64,000 nucleotides of DNA from contig CAVVOP010000022.1 in the NCBI GenBank assembly GCA_963749915.1, forward strand, positions 192,001 through 256,000. Direction: 5' to 3'. Each line of letters begins with the position of its first letter. Position 1 is the first letter of the stretch. A program made the position numbers and the translations under genes. Positions 10,415 through 22,792 of this stretch are shown piece after piece. The notes beneath the pieces are model-generated. The model saw only the letters and a list, made by a program, of their open reading frames with translations, was not told the origin of the DNA and ran no database searches. This DNA comes from an uncultured cyanobacterium. GTDB taxonomy: Bacteria; Cyanobacteriota; Cyanobacteriia; Cyanobacteriales; Cyanobacteriaceae.

Positions 10415-11674
10415 TTAGTTTTTTACTATATTTTCACTTACTCCAGAAATAGCGGCTAAAATCACCCATCCTAAAAGATTTAACTTTAAATCAAAAATGC
10501 TTATATCAAATAAATTAAAGATAATAAAACCGCTAAAAACTACTAAATAACTAAATAAAATAATTGCCTCAGATTTTTGATCTTTGAATGTGTTTAATGC
10601 CAAAACTCCTCCCCATAAAATTCTGCCGATGAGAAACATTATCACACCTAAAGTTATTAATCCTGTTTCGGCACCAAACATCAAAAATAAGTTGTGAGGA
10701 TGTCCTAAATAAATCGAGGTTTTTTCCTCATATAAAATGCTAAAATTTCTTAAACCCCAACCGAAAAAAGGACGATCCGTAATTAAATCCCAACAAAAAC
10801 GCCACTGACTAGTCCTTAAAGTGGGTAAAGGACGATCGGGATACATCTGATCTGATAATCGTTGCCATAAAAAACTAGGGACAATTTTCCGTAACCAATT
10901 TTGTTCCGGTAAATTACCAAAAGAAGCCCAACTTACTATTACCCCGCCAAAGGCTAATAATTGTAAAATAAAGTACCAATTGAGATAAATAGCAAAGGCA
11001 GTAAAACTTAAAAAAGTAATAATCCAACCATTACGAGAACTGGTTAAAACTAGGCCAATAAGGTTAATGATAATAGTAAAAATTAGTAGTAAGTTTATTG
11101 GATTAATATTATTTTTTTTCCATCGATAAATCAATAAGCCTAATGTGAAAATTAACGCAGTAGTTAAATATAAAGTTAAGGGATTGGCATGGGGAAAAAC
11201 TGAGGACATTCGCCCCTCTGGCATTCCATAAGCTGTTAATTTCCATCCTAAAAATTTTGAAAAAATATCCCCAGTTGCCCAACCAAATTTTACTTCCCCA
11301 ATGCCTAACAAAACGACAATAATTGAGTTGAAAATAATTGGTGAAATAACAAAAAATAGTTGATTATAATTATTAATTGAAGTTCTTAAACCTAAAAACA
11401 TCAAGAAAAAAGGCACAAAATGAAATAATCCTAACCATGCCTCCCCAGAATTATAAGCAGAAAGGCAGGATATTATCATCAAACAAGTTAAGCCGAAAAG
11501 ACTATAACTAAGATGATGACAAATAATCCTTTTATAGTTATTTTGCCATGATTTATAACTGATAAACAATAAAATAAGAATACTTAAAAAAGTTTGAAAA
11601 GGTAAAATTAAAAGACTTAAAAATAATAGTTTTAAATTAATATATTCGGGATTATTATAAGTTTTAAACACCAT
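10415..11674 (-). CDS. O-antigen ligase family (Wzy_C) membrane protein
   Basis: Multi-pass membrane protein with R-x-x-S-x-F-x-HAN, TSSRNGW, PFFGWG and HPHNLFL. Confidence 0.85.
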   Translation of the reverse strand: MVFKTYNNPEYINLKLLFLSLLILPFQTFLSILILLFISYKSWQNNYKRIICHHLSYSLFGLTCLMIISCLSAYNSGEAWLGLFHFVPFFLMFLGLRTSINNYNQLFFVISPIIFNSIIVVLLGIGEVKFGWATGDIFSKFLGWKLTAYGMPEGRMSSVFPHANPLTLYLTTALIFTLGLLIYRWKKNNINPINLLLIFTIIINLIGLVLTSSRNGWIITFLSFTAFAIYLNWYFILQLLAFGGVIVSWASFGNLPEQNWLRKIVPSFLWQRLSDQMYPDRPLPTLRTSQWRFCWDLITDRPFFGWGLRNFSILYEEKTSIYLGHPHNLFLMFGAETGLITLGVIMFLIGRILWGGVLALNTFKDQKSEAIILFSYLVVFSGFIIFNLFDISIFDLKLNLLGWVILAAISGVSENIVKN

Positions 11675-11696
11675 TATATTCTTGATTAAAAATTAA

Positions 11697-12311
11697 TTAA
11701 TTAATATGCTTTGCTATATCAAAGTTTAAAAGGATAATCTCAGAAGAAGAAGAAGAATTATTATTTAAGCTGGGATTTTTGTTTTTTTCTAGATATTTTA
11801 CTACTTGATTAAATACAAAAATTCCCATAAGAGAAAGTAAAATAATACTGACTAAACTTTTTATAAAATTATTACTTGTAAAAGGATTTCTTTGCCTTTT
11901 TGATAATATTTTACTAGGAGTTATTTCAGTATTTTTAGAAATAGTTTGTTCAAAAAAAAATTTGGCTTTTTCTTTATTTCTTCTACCAGTGATGATAAAA
12001 TCTAGAGTATTACCTTGTGCATCTAAGGCTCTATATAGGTATTTTCTCCTTCCTCTTAATTTAAAAGGAATTTGTACCACCCTCCAGCCTTTTTTACGCC
12101 TTCTTTCCGTTTCCCGAAACCTTTTCATCGCCCTAGGAGTATATTCTTGTACTAAAGAATTAATAGTACGAGGATCAATTTTAAAACCCCGTTGTTGCAT
12201 GACCATTTTTAATTGAGAGTAGCTTAATCTTTCTGTAACATACCACTGAATACAGAGTAAAATGATCTCTTCTCTAATTTGATCCCAAGAATTATAACTA
12301 ACACTCCTCAT
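11697..12311 (-). CDS. IS6-family transposase-derived protein, truncated and catalytically degenerate, with a C-terminal TM helix
   Basis: EIILLCIQWY..LSY..L..M.QRG, YLYRALDAQGNTLDF and AKFFF follow the IS6 transposase N-terminal half. The usual W-R-V-D-E-T-Y reads WRVVQIP. Confidence 0.7.
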   Translation of the reverse strand: MRSVSYNSWDQIREEIILLCIQWYVTERLSYSQLKMVMQQRGFKIDPRTINSLVQEYTPRAMKRFRETERRRKKGWRVVQIPFKLRGRRKYLYRALDAQGNTLDFIITGRRNKEKAKFFFEQTISKNTEITPSKILSKRQRNPFTSNNFIKSLVSIILLSLMGIFVFNQVVKYLEKNKNPSLNNNSSSSSEIILLNFDIAKHIN

Positions 12312-12597
12312 GTTTTATCTACCTCATTAAGCGGCCTTTATTTCTCATTACTTTAAGTTTAATGATACCATCATTTTATACTTAAAGCTCTTATTAAAAT
12401 TAAAATTACTAATTTATTTATTGATCATTAATAATGAATCTCATAATTTTTTCTTTTTCATTATTTAATCTTATCAATACTGATTTAATAATATATTTTA
12501 GTTGATTTTGAGGCCTAATGTTATAATAAAAAACAATAAAATTAATTAAAATATTTTGATTTAATCTTAATTAACTCTGAAAAATTATCAAAAATAT

Positions 12598-13320
12598 ATG
12601 AAAGCGATTAACATTAACAACCTTTATTTTCAATATAATAACTATACATTATTTGAGAAGTTATCTCTAACCATTGAATCTCATAAAAAAGTTGGTTTAA
12701 TTGGTGCCAATGGTTCTGGTAAAACCACTCTTTTTTTATCTATTTGTGGAATTTTAGCTCCGAAAAAGGGAGAAATTAAACTTTTTGATAAAGTAGTAAA
12801 ACCTAATAATTTTTACCCTGAAATTGGCTTAGTTTTTCAAAATCCCGATGATCAACTATTTTGTCCAACAGTTAAAGATGATATTATTTTCGGGGCAGAA
12901 AATTTAGGTTTATCACCTCGAGAAATTGATGTGAGAATGATGCAAGTTTTACAGGCGACAGGTATTGAGCATTTACAAAATCGAGTAACTCATGAGTTAT
13001 CAGGAGGGGAAAAATGTATGGTAGCCATTGCTTCGGTTTTAATTATGAATCCGCAAATTATTCTTTATGATGAACCTAGTGCTAATTTAGATCTGAAAGC
13101 GAGAAGAAGACTGATAAATTTTTTAGAATCTTCTTCTCAAACTATTTTAATTTCTGCCCATGATTTAGAGTTAATTTTAGAGGTTTGTCATCGAGTAATT
13201 GTCTTAAACCAAGGAAAAATTGTGGCAGATGGCAATCCTAAAGATATTATGAGTAATGCTGATTTAATGACTGAAAATAATTTAGAAATACCACCTTCAT
13301 TATCGAATTATCGACTATGA
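12598..13320 (+). CDS. cbiO: ECF transporter ATP-binding protein (CbiO-like)
   Basis: GANGSGKTT, VFQNPDDQLF, LSGGEK and DEP motifs. Confidence 0.82.
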   Translation: MKAININNLYFQYNNYTLFEKLSLTIESHKKVGLIGANGSGKTTLFLSICGILAPKKGEIKLFDKVVKPNNFYPEIGLVFQNPDDQLFCPTVKDDIIFGAENLGLSPREIDVRMMQVLQATGIEHLQNRVTHELSGGEKCMVAIASVLIMNPQIILYDEPSANLDLKARRRLINFLESSSQTILISAHDLELILEVCHRVIVLNQGKIVADGNPKDIMSNADLMTENNLEIPPSLSNYRL

Positions 13321-13997
13321 TCGCCAAAAATAATAGTACCTAAACGAATCATAGTTGCACCAGCCTCAATGGCTAAAAGATAATCCCTGGACATTCCCAT
13401 GGATAATTGATCAAAATCTGGGGGAAAATAGTTATCTTGACGTAAACTCGAAGCCAAATCTGTTACCCGTTGAAAAGCCGATAAAATCCCCGCTGAAGAT
13501 AAGCCTAACGGTAAAATAGTCATTAAACCCCGAAAATGCAAAAATTCAAGCTGTTGTAAACTTGACAAATCTTTGTACAAATCACCAACACTCCAACCAT
13601 ATTTATTCTCATCACGCAAAATTTTTACCTGTAAACAAACTTGAGGTAACGTGACAATAACTTCATTTTCTAAGGCCTGTTGAGCAAAAAAATCCAACTT
13701 CTGAGCAAGTTTTAGACTATCTACAGAATGAATCCAAGAAAAAGATTCCACCACCTTTTTAGCCTTATTGGTTTGCAAATGCCCGATAAAATGCCAACAA
13801 ATATCTCTAAAATCTCGAAATTCCTCTTGTTTACTAATCGCCTCTTGTAATTTATTTTCCGCAAAATCCCTTATTCCAGCTTTGTAAACTGCCCTCATTA
13901 TTTCTACCGAAACGCTTTTTGTCACCACTATTAAACGCACATGATCAGGAATAGTCTCTTGAATTTTCCGTAAATGGTTGACTATGTAACTACTCAT
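13308..13997 (-). CDS. pipY: YggS/PipY pyridoxal-phosphate homeostasis protein
   Basis: VTK, WHFIGHLQTNK, LSMGMS.DY and GATMIRLGT motifs; overlaps the pipX stop codon. Confidence 0.92.
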   Translation of the reverse strand: MSSYIVNHLRKIQETIPDHVRLIVVTKSVSVEIMRAVYKAGIRDFAENKLQEAISKQEEFRDFRDICWHFIGHLQTNKAKKVVESFSWIHSVDSLKLAQKLDFFAQQALENEVIVTLPQVCLQVKILRDENKYGWSVGDLYKDLSSLQQLEFLHFRGLMTILPLGLSSAGILSAFQRVTDLASSLRQDNYFPPDFDQLSMGMSRDYLLAIEAGATMIRLGTIIFGDHSR

Positions 13998-14263
13998 TGA
14001 AATGTACGTTGGTAAAGTTCATTAACTTGTTTATAGGCATCCCATTCTCCGTTGCCTCTGAGACCACGCAATTTTCTTTCTACCAATATACGTGCCTGTG
14101 TACGACTCAAAGGCTCAAAAACTATTTCTGTGGATTGAATTATAACTTTAAAAAAAAGACGTTGAGCGTATAGTGTCGTAAATAATTCTTCATTTTTTTC
14201 GATGATACATAAACGATAAAGAAGACCAAAACTGGGATGATTTATATATATTTCTGTACTCAT
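13994..14263 (-). CDS. pipX: PII-interacting protein X, NtcA coactivator
   Basis: YINHPSFGLLY and LFTTLYAQRLFF motifs; 89 aa. Confidence 0.96.
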   Translation of the reverse strand: MSTEIYINHPSFGLLYRLCIIEKNEELFTTLYAQRLFFKVIIQSTEIVFEPLSRTQARILVERKLRGLRGNGEWDAYKQVNELYQRTFQ

Positions 14264-14457
14264 TAAACTGGGGAATAATGCTAATGGTTTAGTTTTGGCA
14301 TGTATGGTATTCGATTGTACCGTTTATTCGCCAATAATTCCATATTTTTATGAAAAATTATTTGACTTAGAACCAAGATTAACAGTTGCATTTAGAAAAA
14401 GTAAAGGTTATGATAGTTTTAGACATGAAAAAAGTTTTATAGGAGTCTTCTTTATTA

Positions 14458-14592
14458 ATGGATCAGATAGAGAAAGTGATAGAAAAACTCAGAGAGTGGA
14501 CTCAAAAATTAATTGAGGCTTTACTAGGACCACAATCAGAACCTGAACCCGAATTAATTCCTATTCCAGTGAGGGATCGTGGTCATTATTAA
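14458..14592 (+). CDS. Small cyanobacterial protein (44 aa; not in the ORF track)
   Basis: MDQIEKVIEKLREWTQKLIEALLGPQSEPEPELIPIPVRDRGHY, with AGGAG upstream. Amphipathic helix followed by a PEPELIPIPV tail. Confidence 0.75.
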   Translation: MDQIEKVIEKLREWTQKLIEALLGPQSEPEPELIPIPVRDRGHY

Positions 14593-14635
14593 ACCCCTAC
14601 TCATATTTATTTGAATTTGATTTGAATAAAGAGTC

Positions 14636-15097
14636 TTGTCCTTGTCAAAATTTAGCATATTAGTATTAAACGGTCCTAATCTGAATCTTTTGGGTAAAAG
14701 AGAACCGGCTATCTACGGACGTCTGACCCTTGAAGATATTAACACAATGTTGGATCAAGAGGCTATTACCTTAAATGTTGAGATATCTTGCTTGCAGTCT
14801 AATCATGAAGGTGTCTTAGTTGATTACATTCATCAAGCATTGAATAATCATCAGGGTATCCTTGTTAATGCTGGTGCTTATACTCATACAAGTGTAGCCA
14901 TCCGAGATGCCTTGGTAGGGGTGGCTATTCCTTTGGTGGAGGTGCATCTGAGTAATATTTATAAACGAGAAGATTTCCGTCATCATTCCTACATAGCACC
15001 CATCGCCATCGGACAGATTAGCGGTTTTGGGGCAGACAGTTACCGTTTAGGTTTACAAGCATTAGTTAATTATCTGCAATCATCCTCAAAACCTTAG
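14636..15097 (+). CDS. aroQ: Type II 3-dehydroquinate dehydratase
   Basis: [19 protein letters not shown] and EVHLSNI motifs. Confidence 0.96.
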   Translation: MSLSKFSILVLNGPNLNLLGKREPAIYGRLTLEDINTMLDQEAITLNVEISCLQSNHEGVLVDYIHQALNNHQGILVNAGAYTHTSVAIRDALVGVAIPLVEVHLSNIYKREDFRHHSYIAPIAIGQISGFGADSYRLGLQALVNYLQSSSKP

Positions 15098-15103
15098 GGT
15101 CGG

Positions 15104-15976
15104 TTAATTTCCTATGGTTAGTCGCCCCAACCAAAATAATAATAGGAATAAAAGAGCTAAAAAATCATATATACTTAATTTTAATTGGTGCCATTGTACC
15201 TGATGTTTATTAGGACTTGTAAATCCTCTTACTTCCATGGCGATAGCAATTTGTTCTGCTCTTAATAGAATGTTTTCTAATAATCTTTCGGCAACAATTA
15301 ACCAAATTTTTAAACTTTTTTTGATGCCTAGTTTCTTCCAATTTATGGCTCTGGTAAGAATCGAGCGAATTAAATTTTGGATTTCTTCTAATACTAAAGG
15401 AATGAATCTTAAGGCTAAAGTTAAGGTTAAAACTATCTCTGTAATAGGTAATTTAAACTTTCTTAAAGGTAACAATAATTCTTCAATACCGGCAGTAATT
15501 TGTTCGGGTGCAGTGGTTAATAAATATAAATTACTGCTATAAATTAACGTAAAAAATAGGGTACTAATTCTAATGGCTAAATCGATGGATCGCCTAGTAA
15601 CTTTAAAGTTACCAATTTGATATAAAGTGTATTGATAATCCGTAGGTTGCGTAATGGAAATATCGCTAGTGGGCAATCTCGGTTGGTAGCTGACAGTTAA
15701 ACCATCGGGTGCCAAGGATGCCATGATGAAAATCAGACACGAGAAAAATAATAGCCAACTCATCTGTTTTTTTTGCACTCGCCAGGGAATTAAGGCTAAA
15801 CTGGTAAGAATTATTAAAAATAATACTAAAAAAATACGCCAGTAAGGATTAGCTAATAAAGGAGTAAGAATAAGGCTCATCAGCCATGCCAATTTTACTC
15901 TTGGGTCAAGTTGGTGTAACCATGTTAGGGGTTTCTCTAAGTATAATCCAATGGGAAGCGATCGTAATAAATCCAT
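15104..15976 (-). CDS. ECF transporter transmembrane component T (CbiQ/EcfT, Ycf92-like)
   Basis: MDLLRSLPIGLYLE start, LDPRVK, LRFIPLVLEE and AMEVRGF motifs. Confidence 0.88.
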   Translation of the reverse strand: MDLLRSLPIGLYLEKPLTWLHQLDPRVKLAWLMSLILTPLLANPYWRIFLVLFLIILTSLALIPWRVQKKQMSWLLFFSCLIFIMASLAPDGLTVSYQPRLPTSDISITQPTDYQYTLYQIGNFKVTRRSIDLAIRISTLFFTLIYSSNLYLLTTAPEQITAGIEELLLPLRKFKLPITEIVLTLTLALRFIPLVLEEIQNLIRSILTRAINWKKLGIKKSLKIWLIVAERLLENILLRAEQIAIAMEVRGFTSPNKHQVQWHQLKLSIYDFLALLFLLLFWLGRLTIGN

Positions 15977-16234
15977 AATTAATTAATTGACAGTTGATAT
16001 TGGTTCGTTGGTAGGAGTCGAATAAGATTCAACCCTTGGGATAATTGATAGTTATTCACTGTACACTGTTCATTGCCCTATCATACTTTGGGACTTTTTA
16101 GTAATTAAAGCAACACTTTCAAACAGAATTGGCAAAAATAGAAAAGAATAAAAAAGAACGGATTGAGTCAGTGGAATTAGTTTTTTAAGAGGAAAAAATG
16201 TTCCTCTCCCTATTCTATTTAATTTGTCTCACAC

Positions 16235-16265
16235 AAAAAAGCCCTTCCCACCCAGAGAAAGGCTT
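16235..16265 (-). terminator. Probable intrinsic terminator of the atp operon
   Basis: Imperfect stem followed by a T6 run on the minus strand, just past the gamma-subunit stop codon. Confidence 0.55.
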
Positions 16266-16288
16266 ATTTGAAGTCAATTTTTAAGAGA

Positions 16289-17236
16289 TTAACCCAAAGC
16301 ATTCGCACCGGAAACAACCTCAAGAATTTGTTGGGTAATAGATGATTGACGGGCTTTATTATAAGAAAGAGTCAAGGTTTTCATCAATTCCTTCGCATTT
16401 TCACTGGCGTTACTCATGGCAGTCATCCGTGCAGCTAATTCACTAGCGGCGGATTCTTGTAACCCTCTCAATAATTGATTATTGATGTATAAAGGTAAAA
16501 GAGAATCAAGAATTTGAATTGGGTCTTGTTCAAAAATCATCTCTCTAGGAAAGTTATCCATCACATTCGTGACCGTTTCTCTCTCTACTTGAAAAGTACC
16601 ACCGCGCACCGTTAAACGGAAGATCTCATCGTCTTTTACTTCCAAACCCTGGGGAGTCAAGGGTAATAGGGTTTGAATAACTGGTTCAGAACTGATTAAA
16701 GAGACAAAACGAGTGTAAATTAATTCTACTCGATCGACATTATTAGAGAAAAAGAAGGATAACAACTCATCTGCCATCGCCCCTGATTCTTTTGCCGTGG
16801 GAATTTGTTCCAAACCGAAATATTTTTGAATAATTGGTTCGTTTCTGCGTTTGAAATATTGATTCGCTTTTCTACCTACAGTTACATAGGTGTAATTAAT
16901 ACCTTGGGACTTTAATTCTGCCGCTCTTTGTTCGGCTTTTTTTATCACGTTAGTATTATAACCACCGCATAAACCACGATCCCCTGTAACCACAAATAAA
17001 GCGACAGTTTGTACTTCTCTTTGTTTAAGTAAAGGTAAACCAGTTTCTTCCATGCGGAGACGATTTTGTAAACCGAAGAGAACTTGAGCTAAAGTATCAG
17101 CAAAAGGGCGAGTTGCGGTAACCTGCTCTTGAGCTCTTCTAACTTTCGCTGCCGCTACTAAACGCATGGCTTCAGTAATTTTTTTGGTATTTTTTACTGA
17201 GTCAATACGATCTCGTATCGCTTTTAAATTAGACAT
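16289..17236 (-). CDS. atpG: ATP synthase F1 gamma subunit (atpC in cyanobacterial nomenclature)
   Basis: [19 protein letters not shown] and ELAARMTAM motifs, plus the cyanobacterial insertion DEIFRLT. Confidence 0.97.
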   Translation of the reverse strand: MSNLKAIRDRIDSVKNTKKITEAMRLVAAAKVRRAQEQVTATRPFADTLAQVLFGLQNRLRMEETGLPLLKQREVQTVALFVVTGDRGLCGGYNTNVIKKAEQRAAELKSQGINYTYVTVGRKANQYFKRRNEPIIQKYFGLEQIPTAKESGAMADELLSFFFSNNVDRVELIYTRFVSLISSEPVIQTLLPLTPQGLEVKDDEIFRLTVRGGTFQVERETVTNVMDNFPREMIFEQDPIQILDSLLPLYINNQLLRGLQESAASELAARMTAMSNASENAKELMKTLTLSYNKARQSSITQQILEVVSGANALG

Positions 17237-17330
17237 GATGTTAATTGATAATTAATAATTGATAATCATAATACTGTTCAATAGGTTAAAGTAGGGAGGA
17301 CAAATGCCCCCCAAGAAAATAATTAATCAA

Positions 17331-18842
<1,512 letters not shown>

Positions 18843-18967
18843 TTATTTTTAGCGACTTATATTTATAAAGTTTGCTTGTTAATACAACTGATCGTTTGTA
18901 GTAAACCCTTTGGGGTTAATAATTTTTGAATAAAACGACTAAAGTCGATAGGACGAACTCTAGTTCG

Positions 18968-19522
18968 TTAACTAGAACCAAGTACATTAAGACTAATACG
19001 ACGCAATTGTCCCTTGAGACTAGCATCGTAAACTTGGGAACCGACTTTGATGATTACACCACCAATAATATCAGGATCAATTTTAGTCTGAATTTCAACC
19101 TGATCCGCCCCAGTAAGATTTTTGATTTTAGCGACTAATTTTTCAGCTTCACCCTCATACAGTCTGACTGCGGAGGTAACCTCAGCTAAAACGACGTTAT
19201 TTAACTTGCGGAGGATTTCCAGATATTTACTACAAACGCCCTCAACAAAGCCAATACGTTTTTTATCCACTAATAACAACAAAAAGTTGAGAAAAAAGGG
19301 ATTTATTTGCTCTCCTGCGGCTTGTCTGATAATCGCTTTTTTATCCTCAGCTTTTACCAATGGACTACTCAAAAAAGTTTTTAATTCCGATGATTCTTGG
19401 ATTAGTGTCAACAATGTGCGGACATCTTCACCAATAGCGTCAGTAATATTTTTTTGTTGAGCTAGTGACATTAGGGCTTCAGCATAAGGTTCTACTATTT
19501 CGGCGGTAATAGCACTTTGCAT
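18968..19522 (-). CDS. atpH: ATP synthase F1 delta subunit (atpD in cyanobacterial nomenclature)
   Basis: PYAEAL, AEVTSA and IIGGVIIKVGS motifs; operon position. Confidence 0.95.
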   Translation of the reverse strand: MQSAITAEIVEPYAEALMSLAQQKNITDAIGEDVRTLLTLIQESSELKTFLSSPLVKAEDKKAIIRQAAGEQINPFFLNFLLLLVDKKRIGFVEGVCSKYLEILRKLNNVVLAEVTSAVRLYEGEAEKLVAKIKNLTGADQVEIQTKIDPDIIGGVIIKVGSQVYDASLKGQLRRISLNVLGSS

Positions 19523-19526
19523 AAAT

Positions 19527-20051
19527 TTAACCTCCTAATTGCTCTACAGCACGACTAATGAGCTTACCTTGAATATCGTCATTCAGAGTTTCTTTTAACT
19601 GCTGCTCTGCTTTTTCAAGTGCTAATTCAGCAATTCTTTGTTTTAAACCTGCTACTACTTTAGCTCTTTCGGAGGCTAATTCTTGTACGGCAACAGATCT
19701 CATTCTTTCAATGTCTTTTTGTCCTTGTGCCAAAATTTCCGCCCGTAGTTTTTCAGCGGTAGATTCTGCATCAGATTTGATTTGTTTCGCCTTAACTTGA
19801 GCCTGATTAAGATTTTCTTTCCCCTCAGCTAAAGCCTTAGCGGCAATGGCGGCAAGATTTTCCGCTTCTTGGATTTCCTCAGCAATTCTATTGCGTCTTT
19901 CCGTGAGTATGTTACCCACAAATTTCCCACCATAGACTACTAACAACCCAATAATGATAATTAAGTTAATTAAGTTGGAGCCGAGAATATCTAAACTTAT
20001 ACCAAATCCGCCGGCAGTTTCTTCAGTGGCTAGATAAAATAAAGTCACCAT
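19527..20051 (-). CDS. atpF: ATP synthase F0 subunit b
   Basis: DILGSNLINL TM segment followed by a coiled coil; operon position. Confidence 0.93.
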   Translation of the reverse strand: MVTLFYLATEETAGGFGISLDILGSNLINLIIIIGLLVVYGGKFVGNILTERRNRIAEEIQEAENLAAIAAKALAEGKENLNQAQVKAKQIKSDAESTAEKLRAEILAQGQKDIERMRSVAVQELASERAKVVAGLKQRIAELALEKAEQQLKETLNDDIQGKLISRAVEQLGG

Positions 20052-20129
20052 AAATTAATCTTTAGTGGAATTAGGCTTATTTCATACAGGAAAACAAAAG
20101 AGATGAAAAACACTCCTTGTTAACCCTGG

Positions 20130-20609
20130 TTATTTTACAAATTCAAGTCCGATAACTTTCTCAAGAATTTGCCGGCTTAAAGCAGTGACTTCTTGTTCTA
20201 GGGAATTTAAAGCATCTACTCTTTCCGCCTCAATTTGTTCTGATGCTTTTTGACGTTCAGCAATTACTTCTTGCTGTGCCTGTTGTACCTGTTCAGATAG
20301 AATTTTTTGAGCTTCAGATTGAGCCGTGGCGATAATTCCTTGAGATTGCTTACGAACTTCTTTTAATTCTTGTTCATATTGTTGAGCAAGGGCGATGGCC
20401 TGTTCTTTCTGTGTCTTAGCTTGTGCTAACTGACCCTGAACATAACTAGCGCGATCGTCAATTGTCTTACCTAGGGGTTTGTACAAGAGGGCGTTGAGTA
20501 TTGCTGCTAACAGTAAAAACTGGATTGCCATTAAAGGCAAAGTAGCGTCAAAATCAAATAACCCTCCCTCTGCGGTTTCGGCCGCGAATAAAATCCATTG
20601 TGTCATCAT
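20130..20609 (-). CDS. atpF2: ATP synthase F0 subunit b' (atpG in cyanobacterial nomenclature)
   Basis: [17 protein letters not shown] motif. Confidence 0.93.
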   Translation of the reverse strand: MMTQWILFAAETAEGGLFDFDATLPLMAIQFLLLAAILNALLYKPLGKTIDDRASYVQGQLAQAKTQKEQAIALAQQYEQELKEVRKQSQGIIATAQSEAQKILSEQVQQAQQEVIAERQKASEQIEAERVDALNSLEQEVTALSRQILEKVIGLEFVK

Positions 20610-20797
20610 AATTTGACTTAGTGGCAGAATTTATGTGTTCCGTTTTTCTAATCTACAATTATGCTTAGAACTATTACTGCAATTTTTTATTTTGTTCAGT
20701 TCTTAGGCTTTAGGACTAGGTTTTCCGAAGAAAAAACCTAAAACCTAATACCTGAATTTTTTGCTTTAGGTTATCCTAGTTCTAATTAACTTAATTA

Positions 20798-21064
<267 letters not shown>

Positions 21065-21335
21065 TTAATTAATTTAGTACGACAAAAAAATGTAGTTTGT
21101 TGAGGGAATGAGCTTAATTATCGTTCCCCTATGTTAGTTAATCACACAATGGTCATTAATTTGATCCCAAAAAGTATTTAACTATATTTTGGGTTTTTAT
21201 GATAGCCAGTTTTATGAAATTCTGACCCTTAAATTTGATTTAAGTTAATTAGCCCTGGAATATTTTTCACAACCGCACTTGTGTAACCTATAGCTAGTAA
21301 ACAGCATAACTGTTCCTATAGGTTTAGATTACAGT

Positions 21336-22091
21336 TTAGTCGTGATGTTCTTCTCCATGACTTTCCATAGCTTCCCCAATATAGGATGCGGCTAAGGTGG
21401 CAAAAATTAATGCTTGGATAGCACTAGTAAATAAACCTAACATCATTAAAGGTAGGGGAACAATTAAAGGCACTAATAAAACCAATACCCCTACAGCCAA
21501 TTCATCCGCTAAGATGTTACCGAATAAACGGAAACTTAGGGAAAGAGGACGAGTAAAGTCTTCAATGGCACGGAAAGGCACCATGATGGGGGAGGGTTGG
21601 GCGTAATCGGCAAAGTAACCTAAGCCTTTCTTACTAATCCCTGCATAAAAATAAGCTAAGGATGTTAATAACGAAAATGCTACGGTGGTGTTGATGTCAA
21701 CAGTGGGAGCGGACAATTCTCCTCCGGGGATTTCGATCAACTTCCAAGGAATCAAAGCCCCTGACCAGTTAGACACAAATATAAATAAGAATAATGTGCC
21801 GATAAAAGGTACCCAGGGGCGATATTCTTTTTCACCGATTTGATCTTTAGCTAAACCACGTAAGAAATCAAGGACGTGTTCCATGAAATTCTGGAAACCC
21901 GACGGGATTCTTTGGACATTTCTAGTAGCGGCAATGGAAGCAATAATGAGAACACCGATTACGAACCAAGAGACGAGAAATACTTGTCCGTGTACTTTGT
22001 ATTTACCGATCTCCCAGTAAAAGTGTTCTCCTACTTCGATGGCTGCTAGGTTAAGAGAGTTGAATAAATTTATTGTGTTTGCAAGTTCCAT
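21336..22091 (-). CDS. atpB: ATP synthase F0 subunit a (atpI in cyanobacterial nomenclature)
   Basis: [17 protein letters not shown] motif. Confidence 0.97.
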   Translation of the reverse strand: MELANTINLFNSLNLAAIEVGEHFYWEIGKYKVHGQVFLVSWFVIGVLIIASIAATRNVQRIPSGFQNFMEHVLDFLRGLAKDQIGEKEYRPWVPFIGTLFLFIFVSNWSGALIPWKLIEIPGGELSAPTVDINTTVAFSLLTSLAYFYAGISKKGLGYFADYAQPSPIMVPFRAIEDFTRPLSLSFRLFGNILADELAVGVLVLLVPLIVPLPLMMLGLFTSAIQALIFATLAASYIGEAMESHGEEHHD

Positions 22092-22141
22092 TGAACAAGA
22101 TTTTTCCTGATTTTAGGAATCTTTGACAATTTATCATAAAA

Positions 22142-22600
22142 TTAGCCTTTTTTTTCTGATTTATTTAGATTGCCCAATAAACTACCGGGTAAAATATAAA
22201 AAAGAATAGCGGCTTTGTAAGTCATGAAACCGAGAAAAATCGGAATCACTTGTAGTTGTTGCCGTTGGGTAGCAACGATAATTAAACCAACAAAAATAGC
22301 AAGTCTTGTGGCACCAATGCGTTTTTTAAACGTTCCCACTTTTTCTACTTCCCGTGCCAACATATTCACATAAACTAAGCTGAAACAAGCTCCTAATAAG
22401 TAGTTTAGGCTAGTATTTAAACTATAAAAACACCAAACTAGGATAAAGCTAACAATAGCTATGGAAATAGTTCCGAAGAGAAGATTGTTACGGAGTTGAT
22501 AAAACTCTTTCATGAAATCCTCCTTTTTTTCTGGTGCACTACTCTCAACTTCAGCTGGTTGAGTGACAGTGGTCATGGGGGTAGAGTCGGAATTGATCAC
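22142..22600 (-). CDS. atpI: ATP synthase protein I (Atp1)
   Basis: Four hydrophobic segments, NYLLGA and FLGFMTYKAA; first gene of the operon. Confidence 0.88.
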   Translation of the reverse strand: MINSDSTPMTTVTQPAEVESSAPEKKEDFMKEFYQLRNNLLFGTISIAIVSFILVWCFYSLNTSLNYLLGACFSLVYVNMLAREVEKVGTFKKRIGATRLAIFVGLIIVATQRQQLQVIPIFLGFMTYKAAILFYILPGSLLGNLNKSEKKG

Positions 22601-22792
22601 TTTGACGGAGAGATTCTTTGAGAATCGCTTTTTTGGTTTGCTTATAAGAAGTTAAGGGTAATATACAAAATGACACTACTTTAACTCACACGCCCATAAT
22701 TTTATCATGAGAGTGATCCTTGATGTTAATTTTTATGAATTTCAACCTTGTCAACTCTGTCTTGATACTTTCCCTGAAACTGCGATCGCAAC

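Noticed and set aside
14295..14516. 73-aa + strand ORF in the track
   Set aside because: TTG start, spans promoter-like DNA and overlaps the better-supported 44-aa ORF in another frame.
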